From: Lama glama
Taxonomy: Eukaryota
NCBI GenBank assembly: GCA_028534125.1
Contig: CM052832.1
Span: 20,648,001-20,712,000, forward strand
Direction of reading: 5' to 3'
DNA: 64,000 nt
This document shows, piece by piece, positions 1 to 12,630 of this stretch; the stretch's first letter is position 1, and the number at the start of each line of letters is the position of its first letter. A program made the position numbers and the translations under genes. The notes below the pieces were generated by a model, which did not search any database, was not told where the DNA came from, and saw only the letters and a program-made list of their open reading frames with translations.

Positions 1-229
1 GGATGGCATACATAGATGATCCTGATTTATTCTATAGCCAGTAAATTTGAAGCTTGGAAGTAAAATAATATAATTTTCATTAAAAAAAAAAAACTCAACT
101 ACCAACAATGTGGAAGATAGACTTGGAGAAACCACCGCAAGAAAGAACAGTGAGGAAATCCTCTAAATAGGCCACAAGAGAGATGATGAAGACCTAAACT
201 AGGGCAGTCGGGCTGGGATCGGAGAACAG

Positions 230-770
230 TTGACAGGGTGAGACATGTTAAGTAAAGAGAACCTGTAATATCCTGTAACCAAATGGATGTGAGAGATGAG
301 GTATTGGCAGAAAGGGAGACGTTTGTAATTATGTCCAGATTTTTGGTATACACAGAATATAAGAGCAAGAGCCGGTCTAGGGAGAAATACCAGAATTTTG
401 GTTTCGAATATGATGGATTTTCCTGTGGGATATCCTGTTGGTAATTAATAGTAGGCAGCCAAAAAAGAAAAAGAAAGAAGAGTAGAGAGTTAAAGAAAGA
501 AGCCTGGAACACAGATACTGATTTGCAGTCGTCAGCACCCAGGTAGCACCTGGACGCAGTAAACAATGGAAAGGCTGCCACGGGAGTGCAAGGAATTGAA
601 AAGACAGAGTTGCTAAGCGGAAACCCAAGGAGATACCAACATCTGATGGGTAAATAAAAGTGGAGCAGATTATGAAAGGGACAAACAGGGGAAACAGGAA
701 AGAATGGTGTCAGACAAGGTAGTACAGGCAAGATTTTTATGCATAAGGCAGAAAAACTCACCAATGAGGC
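230..770 (-). mobile_element. L2 LINE internal fragment (ancient, degenerate)
   Basis: Purine-rich blocks resembling antisense L2 (ggatgtgagagatgag; agaattttggtttcgaatatg; gatactgatttgcagtcgtcagc; gaaagaatggtgtcagacaagg). Boundaries approximate. Confidence 0.65.
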
Positions 771-1723
771 CACAGAATTTAGAAAATCAGCTGTATGGAG
801 TGTAGATGCATGTTGTTTGTTTTGAGCTCTTAACTTACGAACTGAATTTAGAGACTGCCTTAGAACCTAAACGTTTGGCCATCATGTTAGCCATTCCCTT
901 TTGGTTAAATTGAATTAAACACTCCAAGAACCAGGATAGTTTCTTATTGAAGTTTCTACACCTAGCAGCGCCTGCCACAGAGCATAACACACAGAAAATA
1001 ACCACATAATGCCTGCACATGAATCCTGCTAAAGAGAGGAATTAACAGATACTCAGGTCTAAGGGAACTTGCATCTTCGCTCTGACAGTGAATATGCTGT
1101 ATAAAATCTTAGTATGGAAATGACTGTGAGAGAGACAGAGACACAGAGACACGGAGGGAGGGAGAGGGAGAGAGAGAGGAGACTTTCCAGGTCTGAAGGC
1201 ACTAACTCATCCATTCTGTGTGACTCACATCCTATCACATCTCGCAGGAAAAAGTACTTCTGACAGGTCTGGGCAAGTAGAATTTGCTTAGCTTCCTCTC
1301 TGCCAATAACTTGCTTCCGCTGAGCTATATTTTTGCCATTTCAAGTCTACCTCTATCTTTTATCAGTTTTAGCTGCATTTCCAGCCTCCAATTTGCTACT
1401 GTGGCAGAGTAAATGAGATTTTAAACTTGGCACTTACACATTTTTTAATTCACTCAAAGTAATTTTTTTATGGTAATTTCTCTTACCTTTTAGGTCATGT
1501 GTAAATAAAAAACCAATTGCATTGATCACTGATCGTGCTAAATAAGGATCAGCATTAGTAGATGGGGTCGAGATGTTGTCTATTCAAGTGTCTGTCCCTC
1601 AACCTGTGGCAAGACTTATGGATACCACGAAGGACTGGGGCCAGGTTACTATCACAGAAAAGTTAAACTACAGGGTTGCAAGTTCTAGGCCTCTCTGCTG
1701 CTCCAAAAAGAAACACAAGAACC

Positions 1724-1850
1724 CCTATAATGAAGGAAAAAATGAAAACAAATATATGCATCTATATGTATTACTGTAATATTATGCTGTACACCAAAAA
1801 TTGACACCCCATTGTAAACTGACTGTACTACAATAAATTAAAAAATAAAA
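1724..1850 (+). mobile_element. Young (camelid-type) L1 3' end, 5'-truncated
   Basis: attatgctgtacaccaaaaattgacac...attgtaaactgactgtactacaataaa followed by an A-rich tail; same motif as the copies at 1855, 51131 and 60053. Confidence 0.85.
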
Positions 1851-1854
1851 TTGG

Positions 1855-2111
1855 AAGTGGTAAGGGATAAAAAGAGAGTTCAAGATTTACAGATACTAAC
1901 TAATATCTATAAAATAAACAAGTTCATACTGTATAGCACAGGGAACTATATTCAGTATCTGTAGTAACTTGTGGTGAAAAAAGATGAAAATTAATATATG
2001 TATGTTCATGTATGACTGAGGCATTATGCTGTACATCAGAAATTGATACAACACTGTAAACTGACTATACTTCAATAAAAAATATATATACAAAAAAATT
2101 TTTTAATTGTA
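1855..2111 (+). mobile_element. Young (camelid-type) L1 3' UTR, 5'-truncated
   Basis: gatttacagatactaacta...ctgtatagcacagggaactatattcagtatc...ctgactatacttcaataaaaaa. Confidence 0.9.
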
Positions 2112-3245
2112 AAAAAGAAACAAGAACCAATTACAAACCACATTATCTCCCTTCCCCCATTCTCAATAAAGCCATCCTCAATTATGAAATACGCAAAGAC
2201 TGGCAATACACCCCTCACCAGAGTTATTTGTGGGGATCAAGAGAGATAAAGGATACTATCTGTTTATAAATTATGAAGCACTATAAAATGCCATGCACGG
2301 CCTGGTGCCCAGCTCCATCGTAGCTCCAAGTGCAGCTTGATGTAGAATAAGAGCATGGGGCTCGACCCCAGGGACTAAACCTACACGTGGAGTGAGGCAA
2401 GCTAAGGGGACAAACACACAAGCAGACACCCAGAGGACCAAAGGGGTATGAGCACCAACATGTGGCAACTTCGGCAAGCAGTTGGTGGTAAGAAACAAGT
2501 AGGGAAAGTAGTTTCTGCCAGGCATGGCCCTATGGAGACTTATGGACATCCTAGTCAGGGTAAAAATTGGGTACACCTTGAAAGCAGTATCTTTAAGTCT
2601 TTATTAAACATTATTTAAAGGACTGGAAAAAACTAATTTTCTACTGAAAAATATTTCATCTTCAAAATAAGGAAATCGTTACGTAAAACTCGTAGAAAAT
2701 AAAATTTTATTAGGAGTTGCCCTAGAACTACGATTTTGTGCAGTAGACAAATGTCTGAAAGAGCCACAAAATAGCTTAAAACTCATAATAAAGAAATCAC
2801 TTATTCATGACAAATCTTGGCAAGCCAAGTGTTTGGTTTCAGAATTTCACTTGATTCCAGGTACCAGTTAAGTGGCTGGTCCCAGGGCATGTAGAATTAC
2901 CACTTCCAACTCTTACTTGCACATTGAAAAGTTATTTGACATCATCAGGTCTGGACAGATGAAAAGCTTTCAAAATTTTTCATTAGAGGTTGTTCTAATT
3001 ATATTGCAATTGTTATATAAAAGTCACACATGAAAATTTCAGTTTACTGGCATCATATTTCTGATTAATTCAGTGATGCTTAGCTCTGCTTAGAGGTCAC
3101 TGCCCTATTCCAGCAGACTGTCCGAGCTGTACTTCAGTCCAACTCAGCCATCAAATGGGCAGAGATGGGAAATCAAGATGTCAGAGTAACAGGTCGCAGA
3201 AATCCACATGAATGGCCTTTGGCATTAAGGAAAATTGTTACCAGA

Positions 3246-3815
3246 TGTGGTCAACACACTCTAATTGACTCTCACCAGTGAGTCATGCCCTTGAATAATC
3301 CTCTCCCCCTGAATCCTGTCAGAACCTGTGACTTGCTTCTAACCAACAGACTATGGCAGCAGTGACAGGATACCATTCCCATGATTACATTACATTATAT
3401 AAGACTTTGCCTAAACAGACTGCAGCAAAAGACTTCCACTTACTGGCTTTGAAGCCAGCCGTCATGTTGAGAGAGGGCATCCTGGGAGGGTCACATGGCG
3501 AAGAACTGAAGATAACCTCTAAGAGCTCAGAGTTGCCCCCAGCCAAGACAGCCTGTAAGAAAACTATATCTCAGCCCTAAAGCTGCAAGGAGATGAATTC
3601 TGCCAACCACCTGGTATGGCTTAGGAATGGATCGTCCCTGGTTGAGCCTCTGATGAGGACACAGGTCTGGCCAATACCTAGGTGGCAACCTGGTAAGACC
3701 CTGAAGTGGAGACTTCTGATTTCCCAAAAGTCTGAGCTAAATAAAAAAAATATATGTATAGTTTTAAGCTGCTAAATTTCCAGTAATTTGTTATACAGAC
3801 TAGAAAACTCATGCA
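3246..3815 (+). mobile_element. MaLR solo LTR (MLT1E-like)
   Basis: TG...CA termini with a 5-bp TSD ccaga (3241-3245)/ccagg (3816-3820); MLT1 motifs gctgcaaggagatgaattctgccaacc and ttttaagctgctaaatt...gtaatttgttatac. Confidence 0.88.
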
Positions 3816-3958
3816 CCAGGTAGCAAGGTTCAGCTACCTGCTACTACTTCATTCATTGGCACTGGTATAGAGCATTCCAGAACACGGAAGGTCCAACATT
3901 CAGACAAAAGAAATGGAATAACTGGCAGAAGGCTGCAACACTAATTTAGGCAAAGGGG

Positions 3959-3978
3959 TGTGTGTGTGTGTGTGTGTG
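3959..3978. repeat. (TG)10 microsatellite
   Basis: Read directly from the sequence. Confidence 0.95.
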
Positions 3979-4419
3979 CCTAAGGGATGAGGCAGACGAC
4001 ATGTGATAAGACCTCAATACAAGATGAGAACCTACAGCGATGAGAATGGAGGTATTGGAGGCTGGGGAAGACTTTGTCTGCAAACAGGGTGTCTAGTTAT
4101 GGGGGGATTACTGTGGTCAATTCTGAGAATCAGGCAGGGTATTTCCATACTCTTTTGAGGTGGAGCAAAGAGAATCTCCAGTTCCAAATAACTCTGGGTG
4201 GCTGAAACCTTACCAGCAGCTATACATTCCTATTGATACTCATTAATTATAACAGCATAGAATAATTATTGGGTTAGCTTATTTAATGAAACTCCAATTA
4301 GCCACTGAATGTGGGACCACTGAACAGGATTTGAGATTGGACCCACAAAGAATGAGTGGTAGCAAACACAAACTTTGACTATCTCACAAATTTAATAGTG
4401 ACTTTCTTTTCCGTGAAAC

Positions 4420-4840
4420 AGCACTATCTTTGGACTTAGAATTGGATTAAAACCCTAGCTCCTATTTTTACTAAATTTTGGATCTAGCCAAACCACTGAA
4501 CTTCTCTAAGCATCAGTCTACTCAATTGGCAAAATAAGGATATTAATAACTTCTTCTCCTGACTGTCATAGGACCAAAGAGGTGACAAAGTGAGAAAATG
4601 AAATGAATAAAATAGTCTCCACCATAGTACGAAGCATAGGTTGAAGTCTTAACAAAAATTCAATAGCACTGAGGGTTTAGAACGTATGTGAATTTGAATT
4701 TGAGCTCAGTGATGTGTCGTCTCTTTAACCTCTTGCCAGTTAACTCTCTGAGCATTCATTTGCTTATCTAAAAGGCATGAAAATACCTACTCTGCTGTAT
4801 TAGGCAGATATTAAATGAGACAATGTATGTAAAGTGCTCT
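4420..4840 (+). mobile_element. Two tandem MIR SINE remnants (~4420-4600 and ~4665-4840)
   Basis: Core motifs cacTgaacttctctaagcatcagt...aaaataagga and taactctctgagc...attaaatgagacaatgtatgtaaagtgct. Confidence 0.7.
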
Positions 4841-5884
4841 AATTTTTCCTTAAATAGTAGGTTGCTGCACTGTCTAATTAAGATGGAGCTAGCCAGTATT
4901 TTGCGGTTGAGTATGACAACTCCCCATGTGCACTTTCATCCTTATTTCCATTGCTCTTCTAATGATAACAATTAATGGGCTAAAGTGTTGTTATTTCTAC
5001 AATTCTGTTAATACAACTAGAATTTCCAGGGCAAAGCACTTGAATAAGTGATTGCTGCATTGACTTAAACCCAAATCTGCTGACTGATGAATATGTGGGG
5101 TGCAAACCATGGGCTTCCTCTCTGTAACGCTGCTTGGCTTCACTAATATCCTCAGGACCTAATGTGTGCAGATATGATTTTCAGTGGATGAGATAACACC
5201 TTTTAGGCTAATAGAAGCAGCTGATTTACTGCAGAATGTCAGATCTGGTATCAGCCTAAATCACATCTGCACCAAGTATAGTGGGTAGACTATCCACCGC
5301 ATGCCTGGAATTATGCTGCAGGCTTTCCCAGTTCCATTTAAGTCCCTCTATATCACTGCATGCAAAGCACATTAGGAGGACAAGATATTTATACTCTACA
5401 TTAAATGTCTATGCCATAAAAGTGATGTACGTTAAGATCAATGCAACTGTAATTTAGCGATACAGGATGGGTCTGGGAAACTTTACATGGATGCAAATGT
5501 GAATTTAACAAGCCAAGATAGTTACCTCAGAAAATGACACTTACATTTCTTTGGAAGGTTCTGAAAGACTTGTGGAAAACAAGCTGATATGTGACCAGTT
5601 GGAGTCATAGGTGAATTGCTAAAAGGTTATTTTAAAGTGATACTTTTATGCCCTGGCCTTTACTGAACAGTGTAACTAAAATGTCCCACATGTACTGAAT
5701 TATCGCTTCTACTTTAATGGGTCTACCTGGAAGAATATTCTACATTTTCCATTAGCAAGACCTTCTTGTATCTCACAATGATCCAGATACGAGATTTATC
5801 AGGTAGAGGGTTTTCTATGTGATGCCATTTTAGAGATCCTGAAATGCCCCGTCACTAACAACCCACTGCCCAGTGTAATAACTG

Positions 5885-6170
5885 TTAACACTTTGACAAT
5901 CATTTACTAGGACCTATGTACTACTCTGAGTCCTTTACAAATACCAACTCACTTAATCTTCACATAATCAATTGATGGCATAGTTGTTGTTGTTGTTGTT
6001 GTTATTATTATTATTATCACCATCATCATCTTTATTTTTACGTTTGAGGAAACTGGGACACAGAGAATCAAATAATTTGTCCAAGATCACACAGCTGATT
6101 AGCAGCAAAGCCAGTATCAAACCAAGCTGTGCAGCTCCGGATTGATGCTCTTAACCATTAGGCTACACTC
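5885..6170 (-). mobile_element. MIR SINE with an internal compound (GTT)n(ATT)n(CAT)n microsatellite (~5983-6030)
   Basis: cacttaatcttcac...gaggaaactgggacacagaga...tttgtccaagatcacacagct...gctcttaaccattaggctacact. Confidence 0.85.
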
Positions 6171-7449
6171 TACCCTCAACGGGGATACATCACTAGACTG
6201 GGAGTTAAAGGAACTAATTCTGAATCTCAGCTTCATCACCAATTAGCTATACAAAAATGTATAAACTTTACTAAAGGAATACTGATACCCATATCATCAG
6301 GTTGGGAAGCTTCACAGATACCCACCAAGCCTCCGTGCACGGTAGCTAACTCACAGCAGGTCTTCAGTGAGTATTATTTGCAACCAATCTTTGATTCCTT
6401 CAGGGTTTTCATTAGGATTCCTATTAACCTACAAATGAATTACTGGGATCTGTGATGCTTTTAGCAACAACTCCAGGAGTACCTGCGTATAATTTAGTTT
6501 AACTAACGCTAGCCAAGAACAAAGTAATGAGAGAAACTGAAAACAAAAAAGCCTATTTGGCTGGACCTTGACTACAAAGTCGATTTGAGGGCACTGGGCA
6601 CTGCTGAACAGGGCAGGCCAAGGCTGGGTGACTATGGAGTTGTTTGGGCAGCCAGAGGTCACTGTCAGCTAAAAGGTGAGTGACAAGAGACAAGAGTGCC
6701 AAGGAGAGCACGTAAAGGCCTGAACCCACTTTACCTAGGGCAGAAACTTCCTTAATGTCTGCAATTTATACCATGGCCTGATGCCACACCAGAGTTGCGA
6801 GTATTTGGCTAGTGTCATGCCAGCGGTGGGACTGCCACAAAGGATTTCTCTTGTTCCCTCCTAAAGACATTAATGATGATGTCTTTGAACTATGAGTACT
6901 TTTCCCAATTTTCCATACTGGCATATAAAGGAAATGTCAGGGAGCAGCCACTCAAGCCTTGGCACCTCCATCTAAGCCCTGCGTGGGCCCAGCAGCTCAG
7001 CCTGAGCAGAAAGTGCTGTATCATCCCTCCTGGCACTGGCACAGGGAAAGCTCCTGTGAGCAGACAGAGGACTCCACAGGCACCCAGCACACAGGTTTAG
7101 CCCACTGTCTCTCACAGTGGCTACGTTAGGAGTTTCCACACTGCGATGAACAGAGGTGTGATCAGGCCCCACAGGTCACAAATTTTCCTGGGAGACTCCA
7201 CTGGAAAGTGACCAACCTGAGCCATCAAACTCTAAACCTCTTAGAGATGTGTTTATCACCTCTCCAAATCAGCAAAGCAAAAGCTTTATCAGACATCCCT
7301 TCGGACTTTCATCCAGAGCCAGAACTCCGTCACATGACCCCAAAGGCCCACTCAGGGCAGGTTTGCAGAGCACATGGCTTCCTTCATAACCATAGTGGAA
7401 ATGAATCAGATGGAGCTGGAAATGGACAACTGCAAGCTAACCCACGCAG

Positions 7450-7620
7450 TCTGCCCAAGTAGGTGTGATGAGCATTCCCACGACATCACCACACAACTGA
7501 GGGCCTGGACAGGTGAAGCAATTTGCAAAAGATCTTATAGATTCTAGGTGGTGAGGCCAGGATTTGAACTCGAGAACTCTCTGCCCAAGGTCGGTGTACT
7601 TGACACCATACTCTGTAACA
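7450..7620 (-). mobile_element. MIR SINE fragment
   Basis: aactgagggcc...ggtgaagcaatttgc...gaggccaggatttgaactc. Confidence 0.65.
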
Positions 7621-7634
7621 TCTCTCAATAGTTC

Positions 7635-7867
7635 TTCCAGTAATTCTCAGAGCACCCTGTAACGTTCCTGGATGGCTCCAGTCATCATTTACAATTTCAT
7701 ATTTATTTTGGGTGATCATTTGTTTATTGTCTGCTGCCCAATTACATTGTAATCTCTGTAAGAGCTGAAATGTTTTTTTGTTTTGTTTATATCCTGCCTA
7801 TGCAGTAAGGTGCATGTTTTCTCACAGAGAGCCAGTCAATTAATATGAATTGAATGAATGAATGAAT
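7635..7867 (+). mobile_element. L2 3' end with (TGAA)n tail
   Basis: tgtttattgtctgc...attgtaatctctgtaagagc..., ending gaattgaatgaatgaatgaat. Confidence 0.8.
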
Positions 7868-7899
7868 TCAAATAACATGCAATCTGATGCTGACTCTGT

Positions 7900-8600
7900 A
7901 CTAATTAAGGACTTGAGGAGTTGGGAGCAGAAGAGTATCAATGAACTGATGGAGGGCAGGGAAGACTCCAAGACCACTGTTAGGCTGGGCTTGGAGGGAT
8001 GGATTTGGCTTCAAACAAGTGGAAGGGAGATGAGGAAGTGAAAAGGGAGAAGAGACAAGTGTGTTTGTAAAATATAAAGTTGACCAACTTGATGAAATTA
8101 GGGGCTACACATTGAGAAATAGGCCCAAATTAGGGTAGTGAACAATCTGGAGAAAGCCTCGAAAAAAGAACACAGATTTCAGTATTAATAAGAAGATAGA
8201 AGATCGAGACTTTTGTGAATGTAAGCAAAACCCCAACAGTGACTGCTCTGGTAGTTTTATGTAGATTTGATCGGGGCCCTAAGGAACCGTTTTAGTAGCA
8301 TCAGGGAACTGTGGAGGAGGCCAGACTGGACCCCAGCTCTGGGAAGGGTGAATGAGGATGGAGAATCGATCATGCCAAGGCAGCCACTAGTAGAACCTGA
8401 GTCTATGCGGAATGAGGTAGAGAGATGTAAAGAAATGGATTTAAAGAGTTTTTGAGTTGGTTAACGGGGAGCACTGGGTATCAAGTTAGAAATTCACAGA
8501 AGGAGCTTGTTTAAGGAAGAAAGATTACAAAGCTAAATTTGCAGTTTGAAGACACAAAGATATCCAAGTAAAAATGGTCTTAGGGAGTTGGAAGTAGTTC
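7900..8600 (-). mobile_element. L2 internal fragments
   Basis: Antisense L2-like motifs (ggctgggcttggagggatgg; tgactgctctggtag; gagatgtaaagaaatggatttaaagag). Highly diverged. Confidence 0.55.
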
Positions 8601-8739
8601 ACTGAACATTGTTATAAATAAATAAATGCATTTGTTTATTTAAAAAATACTATATATATAGACTTGGAAGTAAATAAATAGAACACATTAAGAAAGAAAC
8701 AGACTCCTAGTCCTGGGGCCACATGATTAATTCAGGCTG

Positions 8740-8950
8740 AGGTGGTAAAAAGACTATGTGATCCTTCAATTTCTGTCTTCCCCTGCCTCCCTGACCAGTG
8801 ATGTCACCCTGGGTCTCTGAATGACCACTTTCCTCCATCCCCTAAATCAGCCCATAGGGGACATATGATGTGAACAAAAATTAAACCTCTATTGTGTTAA
8901 ACCATTGAAGGTTCAGGTTTAACTTTTAACTGTAGCCCACCCTAACACAA
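8740..8950 (+). mobile_element. Old MLT1 (J/K-like) LTR remnant
   Basis: ggacatatgatgtgaacaaaaattaaacctctattgtgttaaaccattga resembles the MLT1 3' end. Confidence 0.55.
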
Positions 8951-9670
8951 GCAGAAAGCCATAGCATGCACTAAGGTAGTACATCTCGATGAAAGGTGAG
9001 AATTGAGATGCAAAGAGCACAAAGGAGTGAAAAGCAGTGTGTAAACTCTGTGAATGGGGAGGATCAAGTGAATGGGGAGGATACAGCTGCCATTCTGGTA
9101 AAGTAAGACTGATATTCCCATGAACAATGAGTGGACAGTGAACCCGAAACTTTGAGTCGTCTTTGGTACTTCTTATCAACACTGACAAGACTTTTTTTAG
9201 GAAGGAATTTGAAGGAAAAATTAATTACTGATTACTCATGTTAAACGTTGTGAACAAAAATGTGAAATACTCCACACATTGAATATGGATGTGAATGTAA
9301 AATGCAAATATGCACAAATCATTTAAAACCTAATTGAATATTGATAAATAAAAATCAGCTTCCCCTGGTAGCTCATGCAATCCTCATGATTTTTCCCTGC
9401 AGTTAGGCTTTCTCTTTTGTATTCTTAACATGTACTGTTAGCATCATGTCTTACCAGTGATCAGAAATATGTGTTGAATAAGTGAATGAGTAAAACGTAT
9501 ACATAGAAGAATGAAGAGAATGAAATGACTGAAAAAAAAATAGTTTAAATAACTATCCAAGGATTTATGTATGTATTTCATTTATCCAGGGAACAAAGAT
9601 CTAGACTATCTGTTTTCTAGTTTAAGTTTCACAAGAAAAGTGTGTAAAGATTAAGAAAATAACTGACACT

Positions 9671-9721
9671 ATTAAGGTAATATTAAGGATATTAAGGTAA
9701 CATTAAGGACACTAAGGTAAT
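9671..9721. repeat. Short minisatellite, ~20-bp unit x2.5
   Basis: attaaggtaat-attaaggat-attaaggtaac-attaaggac-actaaggtaat. Confidence 0.85.
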
Positions 9722-11879
9722 TTTGCAATTTATCCTTATCCTCTAACAATTTAAATGAGTTTCTGACCCATCTAATTGTGATAAGAAAAAAATCAATTTA
9801 ACTTGACTTCAGTACTACAGGGAAAAGAGTGAGATAAATTAAGGTTATAGAGTCTACAGATATTTATATTATTATTATATTGAATGACTTTTAATATTTA
9901 GTATATATTTTTCTAAGAGTGAAGAAAAAAAATTTAGAAGAATTATGTCTGTTGTCACAAAGGGTTAGAATAAAGGAGGAGGAGAGAAATCATTCATCTG
10001 AATACCAGGAAGAATTTGCTGACAGTGGGAGATGTCAGATTGAGAAAGGGCGTAATCTGCAGAGTTATAATATTAGACCAGACGAAGAATTAAAACATCC
10101 ATCACTGAAAAATCATCCTTCACCTCCAGAGATGCAGACCAGCCAACATAATGGATAATAGTGATATACACTGCTTGGGTACGAGGTGAGACCAGTCAAG
10201 GCAAAGACAAATACTTCCAATTACATCACTCATGTATACCAAGACCCAGAACTGACATAAATAGCAAAACTACCATAAACCCATATTCTTGCATTGTGTC
10301 AACTCTTTGCTTCCTACCCACATTTCTTACTGGTATATGAAAATCAGATTTCCAACAAGGAAGAAAAGCACTAAATATATTCATTTGCTAGAGTGGAGAG
10401 TGATCTGTGAATTATAGACTGCAATGTGTGATGGTATCCTCTGACAATTTTTGTGGAAGATAGATGAAATCTACTATCTATTATGATGAGCTGCCCCTCC
10501 TCTTATTTACCTACATCATTAATTTTACAAATATTTATTAAGTGTTTATTATATTCCAGACATGATGCTAGAAACTAGATGTCTCTGCTCTCTTGGGATA
10601 ATCTAGTAGCTGATGGAGTAGGCATGACAAAATCTATTGCTAAATTATAATCTTCTATTCACTTGTCCATCTTCCTCATCGAAGAGAGATATTTTTAGGT
10701 GAGAACAATGCCTTATTTACCTTGACATTACCAGAAACTAGCAAAGTGCATGACATATGGCAGAAATACAGGCATGAAAAACATGTGGGATAACTGACTG
10801 AAATAAAGAATGAATGAAGGAAGCTTGGTGAGAAGGGAAGAAAGTGGCTGATGAAGTTAAGTGATTGGGGTTTAAAAAGCATGATCTCAAGTTAACAGAA
10901 TGCCACTATGTCATCAGTTAAAATTAGATCTTCAGAAATCAAAGCTTCAGAAAAACAATCTGTTTCCATCAAAAGTTAACAAATACAGTTTTAGAAAAAG
11001 ACCTCTTTCCATCAGAGACCAAACATATATTTACCCTTTAAGCTTAGTTTCAGGAAACCAGTATTTCATTCCTAGCTCCACTCTGAAAATATCTCACATG
11101 GAGGAACCACGTAACATTTGTATGCCAGTTTTTTCCACTTATACACAGTTAATAAGTCTTCCTAGTCATGGGTATGCAAGATTAAATGAAACATGCAAAG
11201 CACTTTAGGTGAAAAACACTAATTTCTACTTGAGTCCTATTGGTATACTCATTTTCCAAAGAGGAACATGATGTAGATATTCATATTGGGTACACTCTGG
11301 AGAGAGTTAGACAGAGTGACTCTTGGAAAGAAACAGAATCTAACTTTTTTTCCAATAGCCTGGAAATACTGGTCTTGTATGACCCTGGGCCTCCAAGACC
11401 TCAGGAAGGTAGAGAAAGAGTCCTTAGTCATCTCCTGGACTCAGTTTTCTACCCCAGAAAAAAGGAGGACCTTGGCCAAGCCACCCAAAGCAGCCACAAA
11501 GAGGCTGTTTGTTTCAAATCTACTGAAATGTAATTCTAAACTCAATCATAAAATTTCCTCAACTTTGACCTAAAACATTGATTTCGTATTTCCAAAATTA
11601 CTCTGTGATCTGTATTTATGGCATTTCTAATAGCATCTTCTTATGCAATGAATTTGCCAAGGCTATTTTGAGAACTCCATCCACATTCTAAACAAGAATC
11701 CAGAAGCTCCTGCTGCCCCCAGAGGAATAAGCAGCCTTTAGAAAATGAATAGAGGAAGCTATAAAAGGTCATTTGGTCTAGCTCCACTGCACTAAACAGG
11801 TAAAAATTCATTTGTCCAAGACAAAATATTTTGGGGCAGAATCTAATGGATACCAACTACGTTGATGTACTGATGAAAA

Positions 11880-12025
11880 TGATAACAGCCAACACTGCTG
11901 GGTACCCACAATGAGCCAAGGCTCAAGCACTTTTCACATTATCTCATTTAATCCTCAATACAAATATTATAGGTGAAATTTTTAATCTCCACTTTATTGA
12001 TGAAGCAAATATAATACAGATAAAT
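11880..12025 (-). mobile_element. MIR SINE fragment
   Basis: aagcacttttcacattatctcatttaatcctca...ctccactttattgatga. Confidence 0.75.
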
Positions 12026-12052
12026 CAGCGGGGGTGGGGGGGGAACTCTGGT

Positions 12053-12442
12053 TACTCTAATCAGAAATTGGGCACATGTACCTCAGTGTTTACAGCAGCA
12101 CTACAATAGATAACTGGATAAAGAAGATGTGAGATATATATATGAGAGAAAAGTTTTATATACACACATACACACACAATGGACTACTACTCAGCCATAA
12201 AAAAGAATAAAATAATGCCATTAGCAGCAACATGGATGGACCTGGAGATTGTCATTCTAAATGAAGTAAGTCAGAAAGGAAAAGAAAAAATACCATATGA
12301 TATAGCTTATATGTAGAATCTTGAAAAAAGACACAAATCCTACCACAGAACAGAAATAAACTCACAGACATAGAAAACAAACTTATGGTTACCAGTGGGT
12401 AAAAAGGGTAGAAAGGGATAAATTGGAAATTTGAAATTTGCA
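12053..12442 (+). mobile_element. Young L1 fragment (ORF2 C-terminus and proximal 3' UTR)
   Basis: tactactcagccataaaaaagaataaaataatgccatt...gcaacatggatggacctggagattgtcattcta...ctcacagacatagaaaacaaacttatggttacc; breaks off at gaaatttgca. Confidence 0.9.
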
Positions 12443-12630
12443 CCTCTTGGGGAGTAATGGAAATGTTAGCTATCTTGATTGTGGTGTGGTTTCACTGGTG
12501 TATTTATCTATCAAAATTCATCAGATGGTACATCTGCAATATGTGTAGTTTACTGCATAGGAATCATACCATAATAAAGCTGTAAATACATACATACACA
12601 CATACATATGTACATACATACATACATACA
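12443..12630 (+). mobile_element. Old L1 (L1MC/ME-like) 3' end with AATAAA and (TACA)n tail
   Basis: atggaaatgttagctatcttgattgtggtg...tcaaaattcatcaga...ataataaagctg, followed by tacatacata repeats. Confidence 0.75.

Noticed and set aside
99..773. Longest ORF in the track (224 aa, minus strand)
   Set aside because: It overlaps a decayed L2 and a low-complexity purine tract; the F/L/S-rich composition has no recognisable domain, consistent with a chance ORF.
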